Assembly (NCBI GenBank): GCA_963700985.1
Contig: OY969554.1
Coordinates: 1,056,001 to 1,120,000 of the forward strand
Source: an uncultured Chlamydiales bacterium
GTDB taxonomy: Bacteria > Chlamydiota > Chlamydiia > Chlamydiales > Rhabdochlamydiaceae
Direction: 5' to 3'
Length of the DNA: 64,000 nt
Part shown: positions 8,872-17,935 of the stretch, in pieces
How the letters are laid out: every line of letters starts with the position of its first letter
How positions within the stretch are numbered: the stretch's first letter is position 1
Position numbers and translations under genes: made by a program
The notes under the pieces: generated by a model
The model's database searches: none
Seen by the model: the letters and a program-made list of their open reading frames with translations, nothing else
Told to the model about the DNA's origin: nothing

Positions 8872-9726
8872 ATGAACGCTATTCCACCAAATGCTCAAAG
8901 AGCAGTAGATTCAAATCAGCCTGAATTAGGCAGCCCCGCTTTTTACGCGCGTCAACAACAGAGAGTTGATACACTAGACACAGCAAATAGAGAGAATGCT
9001 GACCGACCAGCCGCAGAAGGCTGCACTTTTACCTGCTTTGTAAACCATCTTATTCCTGTACTTAAGGGAATCTTCGAATGCCTCAGCACCTGCGTCTCCT
9101 ATCTTTTCAAAGCTGCACAGAGATTGTTCCAGGGTCAAACAAGGGAAACAACAGAGCCCGAGCTAAGAGATCCGGCAGGAGAGCCAAATACAACACCTCC
9201 AATTGCAGCACCTGCTGAAGATCCGGCTGACATTCTCGCTCCTATATCAACTGGAACACAAAGGCCTGCAAGACCCTATCAACTTTTAGCCAACGAGTTT
9301 GATACATGGAAAAATCTCTCTAAGAATTTCCCTTTTCCGTGTGCGCTTACTGCTGTAGTTAAAATTGTTACCCAGGCAAGAGAAAAACCCATCTATTGCA
9401 TTCTTCAAGAGCAATATACCAATAATCTCCCTTCATGCTTTGACCTCGATGTTCAAGGTCTCCGAGACCAAATCTATCCTTACGTCTCGGGATCAAACGC
9501 ATTGGAGAATTTAGAAATTGATCTAATTGCCGTGTATGGCGAGAGCCCAGAGACGTGCCGCTATTTTTATCAAGCAAGTCGATTTAAAGGTGATGGTTTT
9601 AATAAGTGGTCATTCACAGAAACATCTAAAAAGAGTGTTCATAGTTTAGTAACGACTAGCACCGCTTTTGAAAGTGCAGGTTATGATAATTCCAAGGTTT
9701 TCTACAGACCTGAAGCTACAGAGTAA
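8872..9726 (+). CDS. Hypothetical protein, candidate secreted effector (paralog of 7618-8442)
   Basis: SD AGGAG; N-terminus MNAIPPN vs MSAIQPN; LANEFDTWKNLSKNFPFPCALTAVVKI aligns with LANGLEKWKDVWDNFRFPCAVTAVVKL. Confidence 0.75.
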   Translation: MNAIPPNAQRAVDSNQPELGSPAFYARQQQRVDTLDTANRENADRPAAEGCTFTCFVNHLIPVLKGIFECLSTCVSYLFKAAQRLFQGQTRETTEPELRDPAGEPNTTPPIAAPAEDPADILAPISTGTQRPARPYQLLANEFDTWKNLSKNFPFPCALTAVVKIVTQAREKPIYCILQEQYTNNLPSCFDLDVQGLRDQIYPYVSGSNALENLEIDLIAVYGESPETCRYFYQASRFKGDGFNKWSFTETSKKSVHSLVTTSTAFESAGYDNSKVFYRPEATE

Positions 9727-9768
9727 GTCTAGAACTGAGCGCACTCCTTCCCCCGCGAAGGAGTGACA

Positions 9769-10302
9769 TTAGCCGACTTTTTTTCTGACCTCATCGATCA
9801 CGTAAACGAGGTCTTCAAACACAATGGCGCCGTCGTAGCGTTGATCGTTGATATAGAGCGTTGGAGTGCCATTAACACCACTGCGCACGCCTCCCAGAAA
9901 GTCGCTGCGGATCTTCTCCGCAAAGCCTTTATTGGTGATAGAACTTTCGAGGCCATCTCCTGGCAATCCTAACGACACCCCCAGAGAAATTAGCATAGGC
10001 AAGCTTAGCTCTCGCTGATTCTCAAAGATGCGGTCATGCATTTCCCAAAAACGCCCTTTGGTATCTGCAAACTCGGCAGCTTCAGCAGCCATTTCCGCAT
10101 GAGGATGAATTTCAGCTAAAGGAAAATTGCGAAAGATAAATCTAAGCTGCTTACCGAAACGCTCTTGCAGCTGCTTAATAACGGGATAGGCCATTCCGCA
10201 ATAGGGACACTCGTAATCGCCATACTCAACTAGGGTAACTAGAGCCTTCTCATCGCCTTGAGTATGATCATTCGGAACTACAGGAACCTTTAATGTTGCC
10301 AT
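9769..10302 (-). CDS. DsbA-like thioredoxin-fold protein
   Basis: VEYGDYECPYC (CxxC), FRNFPL, GVNGTPT cis-Pro loop; start at MATLKVP. Confidence 0.92.
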   Translation of the reverse strand: MATLKVPVVPNDHTQGDEKALVTLVEYGDYECPYCGMAYPVIKQLQERFGKQLRFIFRNFPLAEIHPHAEMAAEAAEFADTKGRFWEMHDRIFENQRELSLPMLISLGVSLGLPGDGLESSITNKGFAEKIRSDFLGGVRSGVNGTPTLYINDQRYDGAIVFEDLVYVIDEVRKKVG

Positions 10303-10312
10303 GTATTTATTC

Positions 10313-10786
10313 CTACTTTGGTAGTTTTTCAAGCGCTTCAAGGATGCCATCTGCCCCAGGATTTTCTCCCATGGGCGCAAGATAGCTCCACGCGATGACT
10401 TTATTTTTATCGATTACAAATAGCGCACGTTCACATACGCCGGCCTGTTCTCGATAAACCCCATATTTTCTGGCAACGGCACCTTTGGGCTCAAAGTCGG
10501 AAAGCAAAGGAAAATGCAAGCAGCGATGCTCTGCAAAGGCAGAGTGGCACCAGTCTCCATCCACCGAAATGCCTAAGATATCAGCATGATATTTGCGAAA
10601 TTCTGGCAGGATTTCATTGTAAAGCGCCATCTGATCGCTGCAGACCGGACTCCAATCAGCTGGATAGAAAGCGATAATCACAGGCCTGCCTTCGAATTCG
10701 CTTAGCGAAATCGTCTGATCAGGCGTCACGTGAAGGGTAAAGTCAGGAGCAGGAGTTCCTGGAGCTAATATTTTGTTTTGAGCCAT
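10313..10786 (-). CDS. Peroxiredoxin (AhpC/TSA, AhpE-like)
   Basis: GTPAPDFTL, FYPADWSPVC (peroxidatic Cys), GISVD, FPLLSDF, ERALFVID. Confidence 0.92.
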   Translation of the reverse strand: MAQNKILAPGTPAPDFTLHVTPDQTISLSEFEGRPVIIAFYPADWSPVCSDQMALYNEILPEFRKYHADILGISVDGDWCHSAFAEHRCLHFPLLSDFEPKGAVARKYGVYREQAGVCERALFVIDKNKVIAWSYLAPMGENPGADGILEALEKLPK

Positions 10787-10859
10787 CTTCCCCTCTTAAG
10801 TATTTTCTTGAATCTATATCAAGTTTGGAAGATTGAAGACAATCCCTTAAAGAAGCGCG

Positions 10860-12638
10860 TCAGGAACGAGCTTTTGCATAGGGAGGAAGAATATCAGTAA
10901 GGGGTCCTATGCCATGCAAACGTTCTACTGACCCATTTGGAGCGTTCAATTCTCCATATTTAGCTCTGCTAAACTCGCCTAAATACCCTTCAGAAATAAA
11001 TAGTGCTGTAGACATGAAATCGGGTCTTTTCCACTCCGTGGCAAGTTGAGGACGCCCTATAGCAGCGAGATCTCCAATTTGCCCTTTTAGTGCTGGCGTA
11101 AGACTTTCTTTTTCCATAAGAGAGAGACATGTTTGCGTTAGAAACTTTGAAATAAGATGAATCCTTACATTGAAATCCTCTTCAAGTTTTTGATAATTTG
11201 CTTCTAAATATCGATCAATAGGAAAGTGACCAAAAACAAAGCAGATATTTTTTCTCTCCAAAAATGACCCGTTTTTTTTCAGGTAGAAAATAAGCGAATC
11301 TAAATAATTGTGGAACTGCCTAGCTGAATAAGCCCCATCATCAAATAGGATGAAGTTGTTCGATCCTGATTCCTTTAGATGCTTAAATAGATCTTCACCA
11401 GCTGAATGATGCCCGATTTGGAGAACTCCTTTGGGCATTTGTTCTACAGGCAAATAGCGATAAGCGATATCCGCCATCCACTGCTGGCTCTTACCTTGAA
11501 TAGAAAGAAGGTAGTAGTCATCCCATTCTAAAATCGAGTCGCGCAGTTGCTGGCAAGACAGCTTAATCGAATGGCATAATTCCCGAAATGTAATCGCTTT
11601 TGTGTGATGCATCAGCCACCTGCCGGCTTTCCTATAATTACTTTCTAGCAAGTTAATCGCATCGAGAGTGGGGTATAAATTCACAATCGTTTGCTTTCGA
11701 GGTAAAGCCGGAATAGGATGCAGACCCATTTTTAGTGCTCGCTGCGCTGTTGCAACAAGATTTGGGGTGAACAATCCAGCTTTCACCATTGTGCGTATTT
11801 TATCCCACCGGCCTAGTTGCCGACTCGCCTGGGGGTTCAATTGACGAGGGAGTTTTGCTTGTAGCTCAACCAGATCTGAGAAACGCATAAAAATTGAGAG
11901 GAACTCTTGGGCACCGCGAGATAAAACATTTAAGAGGTTAATAAAATCTGAAAATCCGGCTTTTTTTTCTAAAGCACCCAGCTCTAAAAAATATCTCACC
12001 AAGCCTTTCATCTCTTGAATTCTTATTAACTCTTCATTGCTGATCCCTGGAAGCGGTTCCGAGGTATAGGGGGTGGATTTTGCCATTTGTACATCTTCGA
12101 GATGGCTTAACAGCTCAAGACAGAATGTGCGCACCTTCACCCCTTCGCTACTTTGCGCTTCCTTGGGGCCTGTAAAAGGAGGAATGTGTGCAACAGTGCC
12201 ATTCAATGGTGGGGGCTCATTCTTTCTTCGACGTGTAATTACATAGTTTAACCCTATTAGCATAACTCTTTGGAAAATAGAGCCCTCATATTCAGGCAGC
12301 TCTGATTCAGCCGTGGCTGTAATTTTGAGTTCTAACACTTGAGCAGATGTGAGGATTTGAGGAATGTTGAATTCTAGTCGAGGATATAATGGTGCGGGTG
12401 GGGTTGGATCTACATACAGACAGCGCACTAAGACAATTTCAATAAGGGCCACAATTCCACCAAGAATTGGAACCGCTTCTATAATTGCCACGATTCTGTG
12501 CCCCCATTGAGAGCATGCGGGCATGTCATCCCATGATCTATTCCAGTGCCTTTCGACCAGAGTTCCTCCGGTCAATGTTAAAGCCGCAAATAGAGTTTCA
12601 CCACAACTTAACTCGTAATTATCTAGATAAATTCCCAT
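10860..12638 (-). CDS. Hypothetical effector-like protein: N-terminal hydrophobic hairpin, C-terminal phosphoribosyltransferase-like domain
   Basis: 592-aa ORF; GHRIVAIIEAVPILGGIVALIE near the N-terminus; NNFILFDDGAYSARQ resembles the PRPP-binding hhhhDDxxxSG motif. Confidence 0.6.
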   Translation of the reverse strand: MGIYLDNYELSCGETLFAALTLTGGTLVERHWNRSWDDMPACSQWGHRIVAIIEAVPILGGIVALIEIVLVRCLYVDPTPPAPLYPRLEFNIPQILTSAQVLELKITATAESELPEYEGSIFQRVMLIGLNYVITRRRKNEPPPLNGTVAHIPPFTGPKEAQSSEGVKVRTFCLELLSHLEDVQMAKSTPYTSEPLPGISNEELIRIQEMKGLVRYFLELGALEKKAGFSDFINLLNVLSRGAQEFLSIFMRFSDLVELQAKLPRQLNPQASRQLGRWDKIRTMVKAGLFTPNLVATAQRALKMGLHPIPALPRKQTIVNLYPTLDAINLLESNYRKAGRWLMHHTKAITFRELCHSIKLSCQQLRDSILEWDDYYLLSIQGKSQQWMADIAYRYLPVEQMPKGVLQIGHHSAGEDLFKHLKESGSNNFILFDDGAYSARQFHNYLDSLIFYLKKNGSFLERKNICFVFGHFPIDRYLEANYQKLEEDFNVRIHLISKFLTQTCLSLMEKESLTPALKGQIGDLAAIGRPQLATEWKRPDFMSTALFISEGYLGEFSRAKYGELNAPNGSVERLHGIGPLTDILPPYAKARS

Positions 12639-12752
12639 CTAAACAATTATAGCAACAACTGTACAAATCAACAATACTATGTCTTCGAGTTAAAAATATT
12701 ATTAATGATAATATATTTTTTGATTGGCAAAAACTAGCCACAAAATCTAGAA

Positions 12753-12780
12753 GGTTGTATATTAGTTGTATTATACAACC
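12753..12780. promoter_or_regulatory. Palindromic operator, probably for the downstream MarR-GNAT regulator
   Basis: Perfect palindrome GTTGTAT-T-ATACAAC (12765-12779), plus a second half-site GGTTGTATA, ending 12 nt before the ATG. Confidence 0.65.
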
Positions 12781-12792
12781 ATTTAGGCTGTT

Positions 12793-13809
12793 ATGACGAA
12801 TCTTTCTGCTGAAGGGATCAACCTCTTAAGACAAAACGCAAGGTCTGTGGTACGAGAGCTTGGTCTGCTTAACGATGCGTATTTTGAGGTAGGGGTCACA
12901 TTAGCTGAGCGTCACCTACTAATTGAATTAACCACTTGCCAGCGCCCTACACTCGGAGAAATCGCTGAACGGTTGCTCATCGATAAATCTACGGTAAGCA
13001 GGCTAATCACCAAAGCTGTGAAAAAAGGTTATGTCGAATGCTCTTCAGATGAAAAGGACAAAAGAAAACGATTTCTTCAGTTTACTGAGGCAGGAAAGAA
13101 GACTCTCAACACTTTTGAACCGATAGCCTTTAACCAAACCAAAGAAGCGCTTGAGACTTTAAGCGCAGACGAGATCGAGCTTGTTCATCAAGGAGTTGCC
13201 CTTTATGCAAAAGGTCTCAAAAATTCGCGCTTACAAAACAAGGGTGAAAAATCAGATACAATTGAACCTAGTTTTGAGGATTTGCAAGAAGTACATCAGC
13301 TTTTGAAGCAGAAGGGTTATACGCTAGTGCCGTTTAGGCAAGAACATGAGCTTGGCCTCTATGAAATCTTTCGAGAAGTAGTCGATTCAAGCAGCCAATT
13401 TCCTTATGAGTGCAACTCAGTGCAGGAGTTTCATCGCCAGTTTCTGAATACAACATCACATGTATATGTGTGCCTCTCTCCTGATCAACAAGTGATCGGC
13501 GGTTTCTATATCCGCTCGAATTTTTCCGGCAGATCTAACCACATTGCCAATGCAGCTTATATGATAAGAAGCACACATCGAGGTCAGGGCATTGGTGCTC
13601 TTCTGGTTAAAGCCTCACTGCATCTCGCTAAAGATTTAGGGTTTCACGCCATGCAATTCAATATGGTGCTTAGCCAAAACAGCATCGCGATTAAGCTCTA
13701 TCAAAAACTCGGATTCAAGATTGTGGGCAGCATCCCAGCGGCAGTTCGAAATCCTGATGGAAGCTACCAAGAGGGTTATATTATGCACCGTAAACTAGAA
13801 AATTTGTAA
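12793..13809 (+). CDS. Bifunctional MarR-family HTH regulator / GNAT N-acetyltransferase
   Basis: N-terminal wHTH (GEIAERLLIDKSTVSRLI..DKRKRFLQFTEAG); C-terminal GNAT (HIANAAYMI..HRGQGIG, FNMVLSQN..AIKLYQKLGF). Confidence 0.92.
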   Translation: MTNLSAEGINLLRQNARSVVRELGLLNDAYFEVGVTLAERHLLIELTTCQRPTLGEIAERLLIDKSTVSRLITKAVKKGYVECSSDEKDKRKRFLQFTEAGKKTLNTFEPIAFNQTKEALETLSADEIELVHQGVALYAKGLKNSRLQNKGEKSDTIEPSFEDLQEVHQLLKQKGYTLVPFRQEHELGLYEIFREVVDSSSQFPYECNSVQEFHRQFLNTTSHVYVCLSPDQQVIGGFYIRSNFSGRSNHIANAAYMIRSTHRGQGIGALLVKASLHLAKDLGFHAMQFNMVLSQNSIAIKLYQKLGFKIVGSIPAAVRNPDGSYQEGYIMHRKLENL

Positions 13810-13822
13810 ATTGAAGGATCTT

Positions 13823-14179
13823 ATGACAGAAGAAAAGCAGATTGTTTCCAAAGAGGATACGTTCGATAAATTAGAAATTCGCCTCGGTCGAGTAATCAGC
13901 GTGGAAGAAGAGCCTTCAGCACCCAAAAAAGCCTATCGAATGAAAATTGACTTTGGAAAATTTGGAATTAAAACCAGCGTTGGAAGATTTACACAGCATC
14001 AGCCTGAGGAGATAATGGGCCAGCTTGTGCTGGGTGTCCTAAACTTCTCCCCAAGACAAATTGGAGAAACTACTTCAGATGTGCTTGTACTAGGCGTGCA
14101 GTTTCCTAAAGCCGATAGTGGAGAGGCCACATTTATCACACCCTCTGTTCAAGCTAAGATCAGCGGAAAAGTCTTTTAG
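13823..14179 (+). CDS. csaA: CsaA-like tRNA-binding OB-fold chaperone
   Basis: FDKLEIRLGRVI, KAYRMKIDFG, NFSPRQIG..SDVLVLG. Confidence 0.85.
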   Translation: MTEEKQIVSKEDTFDKLEIRLGRVISVEEEPSAPKKAYRMKIDFGKFGIKTSVGRFTQHQPEEIMGQLVLGVLNFSPRQIGETTSDVLVLGVQFPKADSGEATFITPSVQAKISGKVF

Positions 14180-14186
14180 GTAAACA

Positions 14187-15074
14187 ATGAAAAAGATGAA
14201 ATTTAAATTTTTCCTGCTGGCAATGGTCTGTGCTTTTACAGCCGGGTCCCAGGATGTATCGGCCTCTCCTGCCCCAGCGAGCGGTAAGCAAGATGTCCAT
14301 ATTTACAAAATTGAGTCTCTGGATCAAATAGCAGCCTCTCAACCTGCTCGAACTGTTTATTTTTTCGATATCGATGACACACTTTTTGATTTGCCCTTTA
14401 TGCTCGGGTCAAAGGCTTGGCGCAAATACATCGCCTCCGCTACAAAAAACGATCCTACACAAAATTGGCATGATATTTTCTCGCTCTTTATCGCTCGTTA
14501 TCATCATCATAAAACGGTAGAAACTCACACGAGTCAGTTTATTCAAAAATTGCAAAACCAGGGATATGATGTCCTTGGTTTGACTGCTAGAGAACGTCAA
14601 GTATGGTATGACACACCTACGAATGATATCGACTCGTTAACAACTAGCCAGCTTGAGTCTGTTGGAATCAGCTTCCAAGACCCTCAAACTTATGCCTTTT
14701 TATCAAGTTCTCCCGAATACTTTAAAGGCACCTTCTTTGCCGATACTGAGCCGAAGGGAGAATACTTGCTGAAGTTGTTTAAAGGAGCTCCTGAGCTGCC
14801 TGAAAAGGTGATTTTCATCGACGACAAACTGAGTCAAGTAGAGTCCGTGGCCTCAGCATTGAACCAACTAGGTATAAACTACGAGTGCTACTGGTATGTC
14901 GCAACCGACAAAAAAGCCAGCCAATTTGACCCACTCATCGCAAATATTCAACTCTATTACTTTTGGACTTCCAAGGGTCAAAGGATCATCAGCGACGATG
15001 AAGCTCGCTCAATCGCCAAAGAGCACCCTGATCTCACAGCTGAATACTATCTTAGAAACTGTTTCTCAAATTAG
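14187..15074 (+). CDS. DUF2608-family exported HAD-like protein
   Basis: Signal peptide; FFDIDDTL, GLTAR, KG..L, VIFIDD motifs typical of this chlamydial/rickettsial family. Confidence 0.8.
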   Translation: MKKMKFKFFLLAMVCAFTAGSQDVSASPAPASGKQDVHIYKIESLDQIAASQPARTVYFFDIDDTLFDLPFMLGSKAWRKYIASATKNDPTQNWHDIFSLFIARYHHHKTVETHTSQFIQKLQNQGYDVLGLTARERQVWYDTPTNDIDSLTTSQLESVGISFQDPQTYAFLSSSPEYFKGTFFADTEPKGEYLLKLFKGAPELPEKVIFIDDKLSQVESVASALNQLGINYECYWYVATDKKASQFDPLIANIQLYYFWTSKGQRIISDDEARSIAKEHPDLTAEYYLRNCFSN

Positions 15075-15222
15075 GCCCTTTAGAAATTTGTGAAGATTTT
15101 TGATGAGATTTTCCCGCCTGAAAAAGCGCGAAGCTAGAAGTAATATAAATTCACACAAGCGAGCGAGTGCGGTATATCCCTGCCTCTTTATTTGTTTTTT
15201 GTCTGGATGAGATTGGCTAAAT

Positions 15223-15430
15223 TTAAGGGAACCGTAAAACGTATGCCTTTCTTTTTTTGGCCATCTGTAGCAATCCCTTTTCATGTAAATTTTGTAGATC
15301 GTTCCTAGCAGGATCATACGCAATCTGGTGGCTATTTATATGAGCTTCTATTGTGTAGTCTGCACCCAGATGCCTCAGGGCATGAGCTAACAAAAATTCT
15401 TGCCTATATTTAAATTTTCCAATTTTATAA
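15223..15430 (-). pseudogene. C-terminal HTH remnant of a Fic-family protein
   Basis: [53 protein letters not shown] resembles the C-terminal wHTH of long Fic proteins. No Fic HPFxxGNGR domain upstream. Confidence 0.6.
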
Positions 15431-15529
15431 AAATCAGTATTATTTACTAAATCACTGATTATAAATTGGTTATTTATTGAAATACCAAATTGGTAGGTGA
15501 TAGACACACTTAAAAATCATGCAAGAAGG

Positions 15530-17014
15530 CTATTTTGCTACTTCGGCTATTTGATATTGCTGAATCAAACTGGGATTTTCAGGAGTGAGAGCCAAGCTGA
15601 TGCGAAGATTAGCTTTCGCTCCTTCCAGCATAAAAGAACCGCATAGCTGGTTTTCGGGTAGTATGGCACCGATGGAAGAGATCTTGCCCGCCTTTTCAAA
15701 TAACTCAGTCGACTTATTTCTAAGCACTTCAAGCGAATGATCTTGAAAGAAATTTTCTGCAAAAATGCCGCTGGTAGCTGCATTTTCCCAATGAGGTAAT
15801 AGCTTTAATAGCTCATCTCGACGGTCGCACAAGAGTTTTGAAGGCGGTAGTTGTCTTGGCTTTAATTCAGATTCCACTAAAAGCTTATCAAGCACATCTA
15901 GGTTTATTTTTGACATTAGAGCATAGGTGAGGTTTGCAAATGAGATCACCCCTAGCCCATACTCCGGCAAGATAAGCCAATTGCTGCCAAAACCGGGCAA
16001 TCCTCCACTGTGTCCTACGAAGATTCTCCGCAGAGAATCACGCATACATCGCAAACCATAACCATATGCACTTATCATGGCGCATTCAGGGCCATTTGCA
16101 TATTTAAAGTCTGTTTCTAATTTCATGAAATTCCAGGGATGATGCATCTCGCGTAGGGAACTTCTTTTAATTGGGCCCGATTCAAGATCATCGCGTGGGG
16201 GCCAAGCAGATTGATGCAATGCAGCATATCGGCTAAATGCTTCGATAGAAGTAATCATTCCGCCCATCGCGCCAAAAATTCCATCTCCAAGCAGTTCTTC
16301 TTCCTTCCATTTCTCAGCAATCCGTCTATAACCTCTTGCCAATTGAGATTCTGAAATTTCGGTGAACTCCCAAGAAAACTCTTTCATCTCAAGAGGTAAT
16401 AGAATCTCTGCGTCGATGAATTCACTAGATGAAAACCCCGTTACTTTTTTTATTATATAACCCAGCATGGCGTAGCCCATGTTGCTATATTCAAAAATAA
16501 CTCCGGGTGCATTGGAAAAAATGACGCCCTTTTTCAACAACGCGATGAATTCTTCATCAGTCTCATCCAATTTTCTATCGACCCAAGGATCATCTGTTGG
16601 AAATCCAGCCGAATGCATTAACAAATCTCTAATTGTGATGAGCGGTGAGTCTTTAGTTAACTGCTGGTTTTTCATTTCAGGAACATAAAGAACGACAGGA
16701 TCATCCAGCCTTAATTTACCTTCGTCGCGTAGCTTCAAAATTGCCATGGCAGTAAAGCTTTTGGTCATCGAGGCAATACGAAACATCGATTTAGATGTGG
16801 CTGGAATTTTTTTATCGAAGTCTATGTAGCCCCCGCTGCCTGCATGCACTAATTGTCCATCCAGTAAGATTCCATAGGAGTACCCAGGAAAATGGTTCTG
16901 CTCAGCATATTCTCTGTACATCCTGTCAATTTCAGGGAAAATAGCTTTGATCTTTGCAAGGCGATCACCCTCCTCAAACGAGGGCGGAAGATAAGATTGA
17001 ATATTTCGGCTCAT
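15530..17014 (-). CDS. Serine hydrolase, beta-lactamase class C-like family
   Basis: FRIASMTKSF (SxxK), LLMHSAG, FEYSNMGY (YxN), GHSGGLPGF. Confidence 0.92.
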   Translation of the reverse strand: MSRNIQSYLPPSFEEGDRLAKIKAIFPEIDRMYREYAEQNHFPGYSYGILLDGQLVHAGSGGYIDFDKKIPATSKSMFRIASMTKSFTAMAILKLRDEGKLRLDDPVVLYVPEMKNQQLTKDSPLITIRDLLMHSAGFPTDDPWVDRKLDETDEEFIALLKKGVIFSNAPGVIFEYSNMGYAMLGYIIKKVTGFSSSEFIDAEILLPLEMKEFSWEFTEISESQLARGYRRIAEKWKEEELLGDGIFGAMGGMITSIEAFSRYAALHQSAWPPRDDLESGPIKRSSLREMHHPWNFMKLETDFKYANGPECAMISAYGYGLRCMRDSLRRIFVGHSGGLPGFGSNWLILPEYGLGVISFANLTYALMSKINLDVLDKLLVESELKPRQLPPSKLLCDRRDELLKLLPHWENAATSGIFAENFFQDHSLEVLRNKSTELFEKAGKISSIGAILPENQLCGSFMLEGAKANLRISLALTPENPSLIQQYQIAEVAK

Positions 17015-17034
17015 TTCTATGCCTTTGCCCAGTT

Positions 17035-17430
17035 CTAAATCTTTATCGCTTTTCCTGTGGAATGCGCGATTAGCTTTCCGGAAGAATGTATGGAAGCCTT
17101 CATCTCAATGATCTTACGCCGTTCGTTTAAAATTTCTCCGCGAACGATCAATAAGCTCCCGACCAGAGCTGGTGCAACAAAACGCACATTCATCTCTGCG
17201 GTTACGGCTCCTCCATAAATCACACAAGCTAGCCGTGTCATTGCTTCGTCAAGAAGTGTGGCGATGATGCCGCCATGTACAACACCCTGCCACCCTTGAT
17301 ATTTTCGATCAGGGGTAAATTGCGCAGTGGCAGTTAGCCCGTCTACAATCCATTCTAAGCGCATCCCATCGGGATTATCCATCCCGCAAACAAAGCAGCG
17401 CTGATCGTCAACCCACGGCAACTTCTTCAT
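17035..17430 (-). CDS. PaaI-family (hotdog) thioesterase
   Basis: CFVCGMDNPDG, YQGWQGVVHGGIIATLLDEAM. Confidence 0.92.
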   Translation of the reverse strand: MKKLPWVDDQRCFVCGMDNPDGMRLEWIVDGLTATAQFTPDRKYQGWQGVVHGGIIATLLDEAMTRLACVIYGGAVTAEMNVRFVAPALVGSLLIVRGEILNERRKIIEMKASIHSSGKLIAHSTGKAIKI

Positions 17431-17518
17431 TGGTCTTCCATTCTTGATTCATGCAACAACAATTGATTCTTAACGAGAATCCGTATTTTGATCAGTCCAG
17501 TGAATGATTTTTTCAGTT

Positions 17519-17547
17519 TGCGGGAACTCGTCACCGCTTTCTCACAA
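17519..17547. repeat. Degenerate single REP half-site related to 28956-29077
   Basis: TGCGGGAACTCGTCACCGCTTTCTCACAA vs TGCGGGGATTCGTCACCGCTTTCTCTCAA (28963-28991): 26 of 29 nt identical. Confidence 0.7.
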
Positions 17548-17564
17548 CCTGCAGATATATTAGA

Positions 17565-17795
17565 TTACAAATCCGCCAAGCTTCTCATCAGTTTTTTATA
17601 TTTTCTATTTAGTTTTTCGAAATTCTCACGAAAGACATCTGTTTTATTATCTTCAACAGATTGGATGACTAAGCCACCACTAGGATTGACAGAGATTTGA
17701 AAAAGAGCATTCTCAGAAATACCGGCTGCTTCTAATAGGGCTTTATCTATTACAATGGCTCGGCTTTTTCCATGCTTGGTTAAACGCTTAATCAT
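17565..17795 (-). CDS. AbrB/MazE/SpoVT-family DNA-binding protein (orphan antitoxin)
   Basis: MIKRLTKHGKSRAIVIDKALLEAAGI is an AbrB-fold N-terminus; the C-terminus ..KYKKLMRSLAD is typical of doc-associated antitoxins. No toxin ORF downstream. Confidence 0.85.
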   Translation of the reverse strand: MIKRLTKHGKSRAIVIDKALLEAAGISENALFQISVNPSGGLVIQSVEDNKTDVFRENFEKLNRKYKKLMRSLADL

Positions 17796-17935
17796 GTTTG
17801 CCTCCCTCTTGTATCTACAATGTTATTACTAAGCTATGTGGAGAGATCCATAAGTTTTCCTAAAGAAAAATTCGCCACGCTCCCTCCACCCCAAGATTAA
17901 GTCTATATAAGTTCTTTAAGCGCCATCATCGTGTT

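Noticed and set aside
12724..12740. Sigma54 promoter TTGGCAAAAACTAGC
   Set aside because: GG-to-GC spacing is 9 nt rather than the required 10.
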